This document shows positions 10,835 through 22,190 of a stretch of DNA of 33,209 bases, piece by piece. The notes beneath the pieces were generated by a model. The model made no database searches and was not told the origin of the DNA. It worked only from the letters and a program-made list of their open reading frames with translations. Made by a program: the position numbers and the translations under genes. The stretch is taken from the NCBI RefSeq assembly GCF_004010195.1, contig NC_057720.1:1676608-1709816 (forward strand), read 5' to 3'. Each line of letters opens with the position of its first letter. Positions within the stretch are counted from its first letter, which is position 1. The stretch comes from Chiloscyllium plagiosum (taxonomy: Eukaryota).

Positions 10835-10945
10835 GAATCTGAAACAAATACAGAAATTGCTGGGGAAAAAAACCTCAACAGGTCTGGCAGCATCTGTGTA
10901 GAGTGAAACAGAGTTGATGTTTCAGGTTCAACCACTCTTCTTCAC
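10835..10945 (-). mobile_element. Decayed Penelope-like terminal fragment with degenerate hammerhead
   Basis: Minus strand TGAAGAAGAGTGGTTGAACCTGAAACATCAACTCTG...CAGATGCTGCCAGACCTG. Related fragments at ~11420-11560, ~17925-18060 and ~23855-23960. Confidence 0.55.
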
Positions 10946-10979
10946 TAACCATCCTGCAACGTTTGTCAATATTAGTGTA

Positions 10980-11345
10980 TTTTGATTTGAGTTATTGTAG
11001 TCACATGTACCTAAGTACAGTGAAAAGTTTTGTTTGCGAGCAGAACAGGCAGATCATGGCAAACAAGGACATATCAAACATAGGGTGCTTAGACAGAGCG
11101 ATGATGAGGAGGCGTTGGACTGGGGTGGACAAAGTTAAAAATCACACACCAGGTTAGAGTCCAACAGGTCTATTTGGAAGTACAGATTAGACTAGCTACC
11201 TGAGGAAGGAGCAGCGATTCGAAAGCTTGTCATTCCAAATAAATCTGTTGGAATACAACCTGGTGTTGTGTGATTTTTAACCGAGACAGAGCGAGGTATA
11301 CAGGTTACATTCCACAGGAGATGCACACAACAAGATCGACATTTT
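10980..11345 (-). mobile_element. Rex1-like LINE 3' tail, interrupted by an insertion at 11102-11283
   Basis: TTATTGTAGTCACATGTACC..GTACAGTG...CAGGCAGATCA resembles 4735-4800. Confidence 0.55.
11102..11283 (+). mobile_element. Short palindromic Penelope-derived element with 11-bp target-site duplication
   Basis: AGACAGAGCGA at 11091-11101 and 11284-11294. Inverted arms ~11134-11179 and ~11233-11281. Hammerhead-like CTGAGGA-AGGAGCAGCGATTC-GAAAGC at 11200-11226. Confidence 0.75.
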
Positions 11346-13379
11346 TTATAAAGTACTGCTACATCTCAACGAAAGGGAAAATAAAGAGAATACCTAATAT
11401 CTATTTTTTTTATTATAAAATTCACAGAAAATGATGGAGACACTCAGGAGAGGCAAAAAGAGTTAGCGTTCCGATTCCGAAATGTTAACACTGTTTCAGT
11501 CTGTCTCTCCACTGATGCCGCCAGACCTGCCGAGTTTCACCAGCATTTGCTAGTTTTATCATGTTGCTGGCTACACGGAGCAGACTGGCTGTAGCGCTTC
11601 CCGACCCAGACACACTCACTTTCCACGTTTCAGTGACACGGTATCAAATTTAACATTGTACCGTGAGAAATTAGAGCATGAAATTTAACTAGCCACAGTT
11701 GCTATTACATTTTAGATGTGATTCTCCTCAGCATTTACAGTATCAGTCGATGATCTAGACGGGAAAGTTATCGAGTTAATCCAAGTTAGTTTAAGGGGGA
11801 GAAAGGAATAAATGGGAGAGGGTACAACAGCGAATTTAGTTTTCTGAGCTCTGAAAATAGAGCTTTATTTTAGAGGAGAAACAGAGTGATAAAACGTTTA
11901 ATGCATGGATTTAAAGAGAAGAATTTTTCAAAGAAAAAGCAAACGGAGAAAATTGGTAAATAGTTCTATCATTGGTCCGTCTAATCCCTAACAAACTGTG
12001 GGAGAAATCTATTAGAGCAAATCGTCCAACTGGGAAGGGGGTGTATGTTGGAAATACTTAAAATAAATGATACTATCTTCAATTGTAAATATGCTGCAGA
12101 CCGCAGTTGGCAGATGATGAGATCGTCTAACCTTATTAATTCACTGATTTTTTTTTTGTAAATTACTGCATTTAATCCAAAACTTGCTCTCACTAATTTG
12201 TTGTGAAGTAAAACTCACGGCATAGTATCCCACAATAAAACAGAGAAGTATCTTTATTTAAACAATAACAGCGCTTAAAGACTGATGATACACTCAGGTT
12301 GCCAGCAAAAATAAATCACTTGCATCATTTATAAATGGAGAATTTAAATTAGGATTTCCAATATTAACATAATAGATCTACTCGAGGCTAAAGCTTCATT
12401 AGATCCATGTTTTCAAGCTGCAATTCATAATCAGCTGAGTAACTGCTGCATTCCCTCCATTTTAGAATATTAAAAGTCGGACGAAATATTTACGGAATTC
12501 TGAACGACAAATGGCATTTTTAAGAGTTTCATTTCAGTTCCCCCGAACGCGTTTCTGGGTCAGTTCATCTCTTTTCTATCGAATGTAGCGGCAGGGTCTT
12601 TGTCCGTCTCAGGCATTTGGTCAGAAATAATATTTAGTTTCTTTTAAAATGAAGGAGCGTGCAGCCTTCACCCTCCAAATAAAATCTTCCAATGTCAACG
12701 ACTTTTTCTTTAAAAATATACAAATGAGAAAAGGCTACAGTGTCGGATATCGTTCGATATAAATCAGACAGCAAAGAATACACTGAGATTATAATCAGAC
12801 ACGGCGCGAGCGAGAAAAATAACATAGCGAAACCATTTACATTAAAAATAATAAACTTCACAGCATTCCCTTAACTACAATCTGCAAAGATTAAATACTT
12901 GTATTCCTATCATCTCCAAAGGAGCTTCTTTTGCAAATCAGTTCTTAACAAATGACACCCTTTTAAAATGAACAGATATTTTAAAGTGTAAATCTGCCTT
13001 CTCCTCAAACTGCAGCATCCAGTAAGACAGAGCGTGTACTGGCGAGACAAGCGCCAAACGTTACTTGCCGTTTTATACATCAATCTATAGATTCAGAACA
13101 AACTGGACCGCGTACAATTATTCCAAGTTTGTTCAAATATCTGCCCCTCGGCCCATTTTGATTTATAGGAATGTGTTGTTGTCTCCTCTCCCAAATACAT
13201 GGCATCAATCTCCCCCAAAATCGCCCCTAAAACTCACCTAGAGATACATTTACGGAATCTTTAATCGGGATAGCCCAGGAGTTGGTAAAGGATATCGCCA
13301 ATTTGCAAAAACAAATGTTTGTTATCGGAGAATACTCGGTTAAAAGTTAGTTCAGAGGTTGCAATGAAAGTTACGGAAC

Positions 13380-13790
13380 TCCGGTAATTTTACATTTAAA
13401 TGAAAGGTTAATTGAGAGCTATATTTCTGTGCAATAAGCGCGTTTGTAAGGCTGGATGAAGGCTCTTGAGTCCTGTTTCGATGCATCTCTGTGCAGTAAA
13501 GTATTAATTCCACCTTCACTCCGGTTCCTGGGTGTAATTCGTAATCATTGCCGTCGATAAAGCTCTTTCCTCTCTGTGAAATATTTCAATAAATTTAAAC
13601 ACCGATAATTCCCCTCCGAAAATAAAACAGATTACCAATGATGGGCCTTTGTGTGAGCGGAATGCCTCCTTTCCCCTCATCAGCCTCAGCCAGCTGGCTG
13701 CCTTATTCCGCTCTTCACTGACACTAATTACACCGAGGGACTAGTACAAATTAACACAATCATTGTTCCTTTATACTTTCTTCAACCTAA
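13380..13790. promoter_or_regulatory. Candidate upstream enhancer of Lhx8
   Basis: Repeat-free, CpG-retaining sequence with TAATTG (13409), CTAATTA (13724), palindrome CAGCCAGCTGGCTG (13687-13700) and ACAATCATTGT (13756-13766). Function is inferred only. Confidence 0.35.
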
Positions 13791-14434
13791 ATTGTTTCTG
13801 AAACGTGGATTTTTTCTCTCTCTCTCCCCCAGTACAGTAACGTGAATAGTTAAAACTCAAATCCTGATTGATTTTCTCTCGTAGCGAAAATGTAAACTTG
13901 GTCCCTGACTGGGGTGGGTGTGTTATTAGAAAGATCGAGATTCAAACAGGTCTAGCCGTGCTCCCTCAGTCTGAAATGTCTGGAAAAGGAGGTTCAGCCT
14001 GAAATGTACAATTCCCTGAATATGTTGTCGCTCTTATCTAAAACCACAAAGAAATTCTGCCACCAACGGTGTAGCACCAGGGAGGACATTCGGCCAGTTT
14101 TCCCTGTGCTGAATCGCTTTCCGAACTCAATAGGGGCCAATTCCCTTCTGAAGGTTCACATCTCAATCTACGTCCATAGCCCCACATTCCAAAACAAAAA
14201 CAATCCTCTTTTTATCTAAATGTGCTCTGGGTTGCAGACACCTGTCAATAGAAATAGTTTACGTCCGTCTCCTCTATCAGACAATTGACTATTATTCCCA
14301 ACACATTTCGAAGAGAAAGTTGTGCTTATCATTGAACTATGACAATTTATTTCAACTGCCTTTAAAGTGATATATTAATAGAGTCCAGTTCAGACTGCAA
14401 TGTAAGTCGCAAACCGATGGGATGAAGGTGTCAG

Positions 14435-14785
14435 TGTTGGTAATTATTGCCCACCCCTCATTGCCACTGAACTGAGTGATTTACTGGGCATTTAGAGGAC
14501 AGACAAGAATCAACCACTTCGTCGTCAGCCTGGAGTCACATGTAGGCCAGACCGGGCATGGATAGCAGATTTCCTTCCCTGATAGACATTAGTGAACCGG
14601 CTAGGTATTTACTACAATCGATCACTGTTCATAGACACCAATTACCTCAACAATATTTTCTGTTCCAGTTTTGTGAATTGAATTTAAGATTAGAATTGGC
14701 AGCGGGGGAGGAGGTGTGGTGTGGGTTTGGGAGAAGGGTTTAGCCCACATCCTCTGAATTGAGTTCAATGTCATTGCCACCCCCT
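14435..14785 (-). mobile_element. tRNA-derived SINE with L2-like tail (decayed)
   Basis: CTGGAGTCACATGTAGGCCAGACC...GCAGATTTCCTTCCCT...CATTAGTGAACC is shared with copies at 19590-19760 and 19880-20160. Confidence 0.7.
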
Positions 14786-15827
14786 ACCCTCTACAGAGCC
14801 CCTCTATCTTCAAACTGATCACTGCCTGGGGGCTGAACTCATCATTGAAGGATATAACACTTGTCAGACCAAGGTCACCTCTCATTTCGGGGACAATGAG
14901 ACGCCCCACCTGTTCTAGGTTGACCCGGAACGGTTCACAGAACCACCGTTTGGCTCCAGACGGAACATTTATTTGTTTATGTTCGTTTTAAAACTGTTAA
15001 ATTGTAGGGAAGGAGTAAATCTCTTGGTCCCAAAGTTTCTGATCCATCATTAAACCCATCCAGGTGTGAACGAAGAGAACTAAAAAAATAAACCAGATGT
15101 TTAAATAGTTGGACGAGGGTTGAGCAAATAATTGTCTTCATCAGGAATTGCCAACTTAAAGTGAAAGTCTCATAATTTGTCATAATTGGCATCCAGTTCC
15201 TCGTGGGCATAATTTGAAACAGCCAGAATTAAAATATTATTAATATGGTTCAGATGTTTCAGTTTCATTGATGGAAAGTTATTAACAATCAGTCAAGTCA
15301 CACAAATGTATACCTTAGAGGAAACAACACTTTCTCTTCTTCCCCCGCCCCCTCCTCATTTTGGAAGAGAAACCTAGCGAAAAGGAGCGGTGATGATATG
15401 GCGTGCAAGGATTCTCAATGTTTGTATCTGGCCTCATTGCCTTGTAAAGGCTGCGGGGACGTAACCTGAATCCGTGTTTAGATTTCAATTCGACTCATGT
15501 AGCTGATGAGAGATAAGGCTTCATGAGATAATGCTGGCTGAGGGGGTTGGCCAAGACTACTTGTGTGTGTATAGTCTGAAGCCTTGCATGTTCGAAGGGC
15601 TGTACTAGGTTGGAGAGGTGTGGCTGGTGAAAAATAAACTTTTTTTTCCCCCTTTGAGTAAAGTTCAATCTGCCGAGGTAACCTCTTTGTTTGTCAGTTA
15701 AAAGACAGACTAGGGAAGAATTGAGCAGAAGGTTTCAGATCGGAGGCAATAGCCTCCCTCCTGAAATAAGGGAGGGTTGTTGTGAGTCTGTCTATGCTGT
15801 ACGCTAGGAACACGGATTCTGAATGCC

Positions 15828-15908
15828 ATGTACTGGAAGAGCTCGCAGCTGCTGGTGTGTCGCATGGAAAGCGAAGAGAAGTACACGGCTGGTGTGTGTC
15901 TCCTGAAG
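15828..15908 (+). CDS. lhx8: Lhx8 first coding exon (MYWKSSQLLVCRMESEEKYTAGVCLLK)
   Basis: GCCATG Kozak context; MYWK start shared by vertebrate Lhx6/Lhx8 long isoforms; strong phase-0 donor AAG|GTGAGT. Confidence 0.88.
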
Positions 15909-17403
15909 GTGAGTGTCTCCCTTTCTACCTTAGCCACTTATCGGGGCTTAACCCTCAGCACAACAACGAGGCGAGATGTATTCCCCTGCTGATAGACACT
16001 ATTTTGTACAGTAACTTGGAATAAATTTCATCTGTTAATTTCCAGAAACTATCTGGGCGCTGTAATGGGACCATACTGATTTGAGGAGGAGCGGATTAAA
16101 CCGAGACTAAGATTCGGGTCGAAGGGGTATAATGATTGGGAGTGGGTTACCGACTCACGATTCCGTCCTATAGTGACTAACGTAGAAATATGATAGGTCT
16201 TTAATGGCGCTAACTGTTCATATCCCTCTATCAAGTCTGTGTTCGGGGCCAGTCTGGCATAGTCAAAGTTATAAAGAGGCCCTTTGGCCCGTCGCGTCTG
16301 TACCGGTCAAAAACAATCCTCTAACAATTCCAATTTCCAGTCCTTGACTCCCACAGCTTTATCCCAGCAACGCTAATATATATGTGAATACTCCCGAAAT
16401 GTTAGCAGTTCCGCCTCAATCACCCTCAAGGTGGCGGGTTCCAGACTCAACTCTTGGGGGGGAAAGAACCGAAATCTTCACTATTTCTTCCTAGCCCAAG
16501 TCCCAATCCCCTATCCCTTATCCCTTGCAGCGGTGGGAGGGGGTAACTAACCCCGCAATGTTGTGTAAAATGAATTTGGGTGGGGAATGAGGTATTGACT
16601 CCCTTCCAGGGTTGTTATTTAGTCGTTGTTCATTGAGAATGACGGGGGGGGGAAGAGAGGTGGTTGTGAAATCCTCCAACTCCCACCTACCCACAGAGTC
16701 CACCACCCCCTTAAACTCTCGACTGGTTGGGAGCGTTAATTCAACTCATGAGCAATCGCTCGTGTTTATTTTGTGGGGAGGAGAGACGAGTAGATTTGGT
16801 TTAAATCTGTAACCAGGCAGAGCTGACCTTCCCTCGGGATGGTTAACTGGAATCACCTGCACCAGGAATTGTTCTTTTCTCCTCTCCCACCCCCCCCCCC
16901 CCCCCGTATAAATTGCCCAATTGAACAAATCTGGCGGGCTCCGTCATTATCGTTCAAGTGCCCTTATTAAACCTCTTCACCTCGAGATTGCCCTTTCAAA
17001 GGCATTTAGAAAGAACAAGGAGTGCTTTAATTGAAATTTTTAACAAAAATCAATTTTCCCTTTTTTTTCCCCCTCATTTGACCGGCGTTAGGAACTGATG
17101 GGTATAAATGAGGAGCTTTGTGTAACTTAAAGAGAAACGGAGTTGACACTTGAGCAGACCAGCCTCTGCTACTGGACTGAATACTAAAGATTCTTGTTTT
17201 GTCCAGAATCGGGGGTATTTGCTCTCCAAATCACGCACTTTTTAAATGATTCACGAGCGTTGTTAGGGTGAGGAGTGAGGGGTGGGGGCGGGAGAGTGGC
17301 TAATTTTGAAATGGGGCGCGATAAATGTTCTTAGAGTTCCTTACGTGCTACAATGTGCTAGAAGCTATCTCCAAATCTTTGCTCTTTTTCCAGTTTAAAA
17401 ACC

Positions 17404-17475
17404 ATGTCGGACGACCCTGAATCCACTTCCTCCAACTCTTTTGAAAGGATTTGGAAACGGAGTACTTGCAGTCTG
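17404..17475 (+). CDS. lhx8: Lhx8 probable second coding exon, ATG-to-donor part (MSDDPESTSSNSFERIWKRSTCSL); 5' boundary uncertain (17362, 17365 or 17394)
   Basis: ACCATG start, 24 codons to phase-0 donor CTG|GTACC, then a 105-nt intron to the next exon. Similar in position and length to the mammalian MSEECG...GL segment, but sequence similarity is weak. Confidence 0.6.
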
Positions 17476-17580
17476 GTACCTAACCACTAACCCCAATCTC
17501 CTCCCGTCATTCACATATTTGAGACTCACTTGCACTGGGAGGGGGCTAACTGTCCATTTTTGTCTTTTTTTTTACTGTAG

Positions 17581-17733
17581 ACTAACTCTGAGCGGGTGGT
17601 TAAGGACGAATCCAGTTCCCCAGCTCCCTCGGCCTCGCCATCCCTATCTCCACAATCGATGATCTCTTCCAGGTCGTGCAGAAATATCTGCAGCAGCTGC
17701 GGCTTGGAAATAGTGGACCGATACCTCCTGAAG
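17581..17733 (+). CDS. lhx8: Lhx8 exon: Ser/Pro-rich segment and start of LIM1 (TNSERVVKDESSSPAPSASPSLSPQSMISSRSCRNICSSCGLEIVDRYLLK)
   Basis: Polypyrimidine tract and TAG acceptor, 51 open codons, AAG|GTGAGG donor. CSSCGLEIVDRYLLK matches Lhx6/8 LIM1. Confidence 0.96.
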
Positions 17734-19589
17734 GTGAGGAAACACCGCTGACGCGCCCCACCCCCTCCCTCTTTTTTAAAAAAAACACATACCGGTCTAA
17801 TTGATCACTGCCAATTGTTTTGGGAATAATTCTGAGGCAGAATGGTCTTTGCCACCAAGAGACTAGCTATAGAACGTGCAGGATTGTAAAGTTTGACCTA
17901 ACCGTACTGAGAGGGAACACTTTCCGAAATTGCTGAAAATGCTCAGGTCTAGCAGCATCTAAGGGTCATCGGAGCCGAAACGTTTACTCTGGAGTTTTCT
18001 TCAGATGCTGTCAGACCTGAGCTCTTTCAGCGACTTCTGTTTTTGTTGCTGATTTACAATTTACTTCGGTTTTTATTGAGTTGGAATAGATAACCGTCTA
18101 GTCCAGGAAAGTGGGGCGAATGCAGGTGGGAAATTGTTGGCGGTATAGACTCCAAGGGACTCCTCTGTCCCGCGTGAACAGCAGCCGACTGGAAAGTTGT
18201 TTTCCCTCGATTTATCTGCTCGATTTATCCGGGTGTTATTTTTGAACCCTATTTAAATCTATTTGAGGGTCAGAGTGGCCCTGTCCCTCCTCTGCGTACC
18301 AGGAGTGTGGGATTAATCTTCCGTTCAGGGTTCCCAATGTCCTCCAATCCTTACACCGAGAGACCAAATGTCGCGCTTTCTCAGATTAAACCTCATCCGC
18401 TTCCTAGCGGAGGCAGGATTCCGTGGCACCTTTGTGAGGAGTTCTGACCACGAGTTACCCAGCAACAGCCTCTGACCAGCTCCATGCCCTGGCTAGGAGT
18501 TTGGTTTGAGCAAATTTGGTTACCGCTTTTCCCCACCACGACAGGAGAAACCCCAGAACGTGAAAGACACGACTGTTTCGAATTCCCCTTTTTACCAGGT
18601 TTCCTGCCTGGCAAACTGCTCCCTAAGCAACAGTTCGAATACTTGAGGCTTCGTGTTTAAAAGTGCTATTTAAATGCAAGCTGTTAAAGGTCAGTTCGTG
18701 TCTGCAATGTTTTGAACGACCGATCATTAAATCCGGTGTTTTCCTTTTTTAAACTACATCTGGTCACTGTTAAAACTTTCAACCTTCTCCCTCTATTGAA
18801 CAGTCTTAGTTTAGGATTGGACCCTGTGTATGTCCTTTCACCGACAAGAAATTAACTAAACGTCTTTTACAATCGACAAGTCTTCACAAGATTTATTTTT
18901 AAAGACTGCAGCTGTAGTTCTTCTACAACAGGTAGACTCCCTGAATTCAGAGCCCACCATCAGTGGGGAAATATGTGACCCTATTTTAGAAATCCAACTA
19001 ACGCCAAGTACGGCAGGAAATGCCGATTGTTTGAACGTAAAAGGGAGTTGGTCCCCAAAGCACTGACCTAACTGCCCTTGTAGTTGTCACAAAGTGATAG
19101 AGCGGTTTGAGCTCTCTATGGGGCTAATTTGTAATGTGGTGGAGGTAACCCACAGCCCTGGACCATTTTCCAATTTGGAAAGAATTTTTGTCCCATGTCT
19201 TTACCCCCTCCCCCCCACCTCCCCACCTCCCCAACACACACACACACACACACCTTGTTTCATCCATTTTAATATTTGTTTTCCAAATCCCTTGGGATGT
19301 TATTGGCTTGACTGCCGTCTCAGATAGGACTTTCCGGATCACTGCAACTCGCTTTTAGAGCTCACATATTCCAATCCTTTCCGGCAATGTTAAACCTACC
19401 TGTAGAAACCTTTTTTTAAACTAAAACGCTTCTGATCGCAAAGTGCGTCGGGATATCCTGGAGCCGGGAGCAGGCGCCATCCAAATGTTTTTCGCAATTG
19501 AAGTGACTCGAACGGGGGAAGGTAACAAAAACTGCCCCTCAGACAGAACATTCCAGGTTTGCTTATCGCCTCAATCTCGTTTGTACAAG

Positions 19590-19760
19590 TTTGAAATACT
19601 TGTCCCGCTCCCTAATTGCCCTTGGACCGAGTGGCTTGTTCGGGGCCACTTCAGGGGGGCAGCTGAGGCAAACCACGTTGCTGTGGGTCTGGAGTCTATG
19701 CAAGCCAGTCTGGGTAAGGATGGCAAATCCCCCGCTTGAAGGTGAGGTTTTACTAGTAAC
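19590..19760 (-). mobile_element. SINE fragment, same family as 14435-14785
   Basis: CCCTAATTGCCCTTG...GCTGTGGGTCTGGAGTC...GGTAAGGATGGCAAAT. Confidence 0.7.
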
Positions 19761-19879
19761 ATTGCCATGGTTATCATCTACAGTCGACATTATTGCCTGA
19801 ATTAACTTAATGTTAAAATTGCACCCATGCTTTCCCCCATCTAGTGAATTAGTCAGTGTCTCCAGTATTTAATTGTCCC

Positions 19880-20160
19880 ATGGGATGGGCGAGGGAGGGG
19901 GCGTCTCTGGCTAGAACAGCATTTAGAGAGGGCTTAAGAGTCACATTTTGGCCAGACCAGGTAAGGATGGCAGATTTCATTCCCTAACGGGCATTATTAA
20001 AGCAGATGGGTTTTTACAAACAATAGGCAATAGTTTCGTGGTCTTCATGAGGCAATGAATTCAATAAAAATCTGGAATTGAATTTCTGCCATGGGGATTC
20101 AGACCCAAGTCTTGGGAATATTACCTGTCTCTGGATTAATACTGGTGATAACACTACGTG
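19880..20160 (-). mobile_element. SINE, same family as 14435-14785, including tRNA-like head
   Basis: GGCCAGACCAGGTAAGGATGGCAGATTTC...CAGATGGGTTTTTACA...CTCTGGATTAATACTGGTGATAACACTAC. Confidence 0.7.
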
Positions 20161-20175
20161 GTCATCTCTCTCTTC

Positions 20176-20176
<1 letters not shown>

Positions 20177-20219
<43 letters not shown>

Positions 20220-20253
20220 CCCACCCCCCCCCCCCCCCCCCCCCCGCCCCCCC
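20177..20253. repeat. Interrupted poly-C tract (C42 plus further C runs)
   Basis: Directly visible. Confidence 0.95.
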
Positions 20254-20311
20254 GAGTTCAGTAACACTTTCCTCTTCCCCTGTCAATCTGGGGCTGGCTG
20301 GTAGCTCACGT

Positions 20312-20446
20312 TCTGGATTAGTGGTTCTGGAAGAGCACAGCATGATGGGCTTTTGCCCGAAACGTCGATTTCTCTGCTCCTTGGATGCTGCCTGAACTGC
20401 TGTGCTCTTCCATCTGGTTTCCAGCATCTGCAGTCATTGTTTTTAC
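20312..20446 (+). mobile_element. Short Penelope-derived insertion with 14-bp target-site duplication
   Basis: CTGGTAGCTCACGT at 20298-20311 and 20447-20460. Internal inverted repeat TGGAAGAGCACAGCA / TGCTGTGCTCTTCCA. Hammerhead 3' half GGGCTTTTGCCCGAAACGTC with a broken CUGAUGA box. Confidence 0.85.
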
Positions 20447-20519
20447 CTGGTAGCTCACGTGTTGATGTTTCCCGGTTGTGTGAGGTTGCTAATGGAGGCT
20501 ATGTTCTCTACCTGTGCAG

Positions 20520-20641
20520 GTGAATGAACTATGTTGGCATGTCCGATGTTTGGCCTGTAGTGTGTGCAAAACCTCTCTGGGCCGACACACCAGCTGCTAC
20601 ATCAAGGATCATGAAATATTTTGCAAACTGGATTATTTCAG
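20520..20641 (+). CDS. lhx8: Lhx8 exon: remainder of LIM1 ([41 protein letters not shown])
   Basis: CAG acceptor, 122 nt, phase-2 donor AG|GTACT. LCWHVRC and [12 protein letters not shown] are diagnostic of Lhx8 rather than Lhx6. Confidence 0.98.
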
Positions 20642-20897
20642 GTACTGATCATAGATGACAGATTTTCTGAAGATTCCTATGGGTCAGCCTAGGGTTGGGT
20701 TTAGTGTTGAGGGGTGGAGGGGATTTACATTAACATTTTCCAACTGTCTCCCATTACTCGGTCTCTCTGCGCCACCACCCTCCCCCCAAAACATTATTTG
20801 GTCAGTCACGAATATCGGGGGGTGGGGTGGACTCAGCCAAATCTTTCAGATCTCAACTTGCAAAGCACCTCAATATGGTGGCAGTGGGACGTTCTTG

Positions 20898-21089
20898 ATT
20901 AGAGTGGTGCTGGAAAAGCAAAGCAGTTCAGTCAGCATCCGAGGAGCAGTAAAATCGACATTTCGGGCAAAAACCCTTCATCAGGAATACAGGCAGAGAG
21001 CCTGAAGGGTGGAGAGATAAGTGAGAGGAGGGTGGGGGTGGGGAGAAAGTAGCAGAGGTTTCCAGCATCTGCAGTCATTGTTTTTACCT
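20898..21089 (-). mobile_element. Short Penelope-derived insertion with 15-bp target-site duplication
   Basis: AGTGGGACGTTCTTG at 20883-20897 and AGTGGGATGTTCTTG at 21090-21104. Minus-strand hammerhead CUGAUGA-A-GGGU-UUUU-GCCC-GAAAU-GUC at ~20951-20988. Confidence 0.85.
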
Positions 21090-21164
21090 AGTGGGATGTT
21101 CTTGTCCACCCTAATTTTAAAACCGGGACATTAGCCAAATGTATCTGAATTATTGTTGGGTGAA

Positions 21165-22190
21165 GGCCATTCAGTCCACGTTTAGTCTTTTTTAAGACTC
21201 TAGCTTAGCCCCAATCTCCTGTCTTTCCCCATATCCTTATACACTTTCCATTTTAATCATCCAGTTCCTCCATTGAACCAGTCCAACAGGTTTCCATGTA
21301 GTGCATTCCAGAGCCAATGTAATGGTGTGCCAGCTTTCTTTTGTTTACTGCTTTTGCAGAACACTAAAAATGGTGTCCTCCCCTTGACCAGCAGGAGCAA
21401 GTTCACCCAATCCATTCTAACCTTAAGCGTTAGAAATCTCCTCTAACCTTCTCCCTAGTTATACTTCAAAACAGAAGTTTCTCACTCTGGGGCGATTATA
21501 AACATCTTCTGTACACTCCAGATTTACATTCTTCTTAGTGGAGAACACCAATGTATGCCATTGTCCTAGCTAAGTTTATCCAAACAACCTCCTATGTTCT
21601 ACACTATTAAGAAGCCTGAATTATTGTTTATTGTCCTGACTCCTTTTAATGTCTTGTATGTGTCCACCCCACACCCTGTCAGAATTATTTTGTATTGTCT
21701 CTCCAGTTATTTCTACCAGTGCATCACCTCACTTCCAACACGTGGAAATATCTGACCACTCCTTCGATGTACTACTATCCTTTTGAAAATTTGTACTGTT
21801 CTTAGTTTGCAATTTTTGTCTGTAGGCTTTGAAATTTATCCTCTACACACCAAGCTCTGCTCGCCAATACATCAAGAAAGCTTGGGGTGCTAACAAAGAT
21901 CCTGACCAAACTTGCTACAAATCCACCAGCATGGAAAATATCCTTTTAACTGTTTCCTATCCCTTAGCCAATTTTGTATCCACTATGCTAGTGACACTTC
22001 TACTCCATGACCTCTATTTTCCTTGCGTCTTGTAGTATTGTTTGAATGTTTTTTGAAAATCATATGGCTCAAGTCTTGATCTTATCAATACATATTGCTT
22101 CAAAAAAGCTCAAAGCTGTTAGATTGTTTTCCTTAAATCCATGCTGACTTCTTTTAAAATCAATTCCTGTTTCTACATGCCTATTTTATC
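21165..22190 (-). mobile_element. Old, heavily decayed CR1-like LINE
   Basis: Residual motifs in the expected order: GGCCATTCAG tail, CCCCATATCCTT, GCATTCCAGA, CATCACCTCACTT, AATCCATGCTGACT. No intact frame. Confidence 0.6.

Noticed and set aside
20014..20427. Gly/Pro-rich ORFs in the Lhx8 intron
   Set aside because: They are built from a SINE, a poly-C tract and a Penelope-derived insertion.
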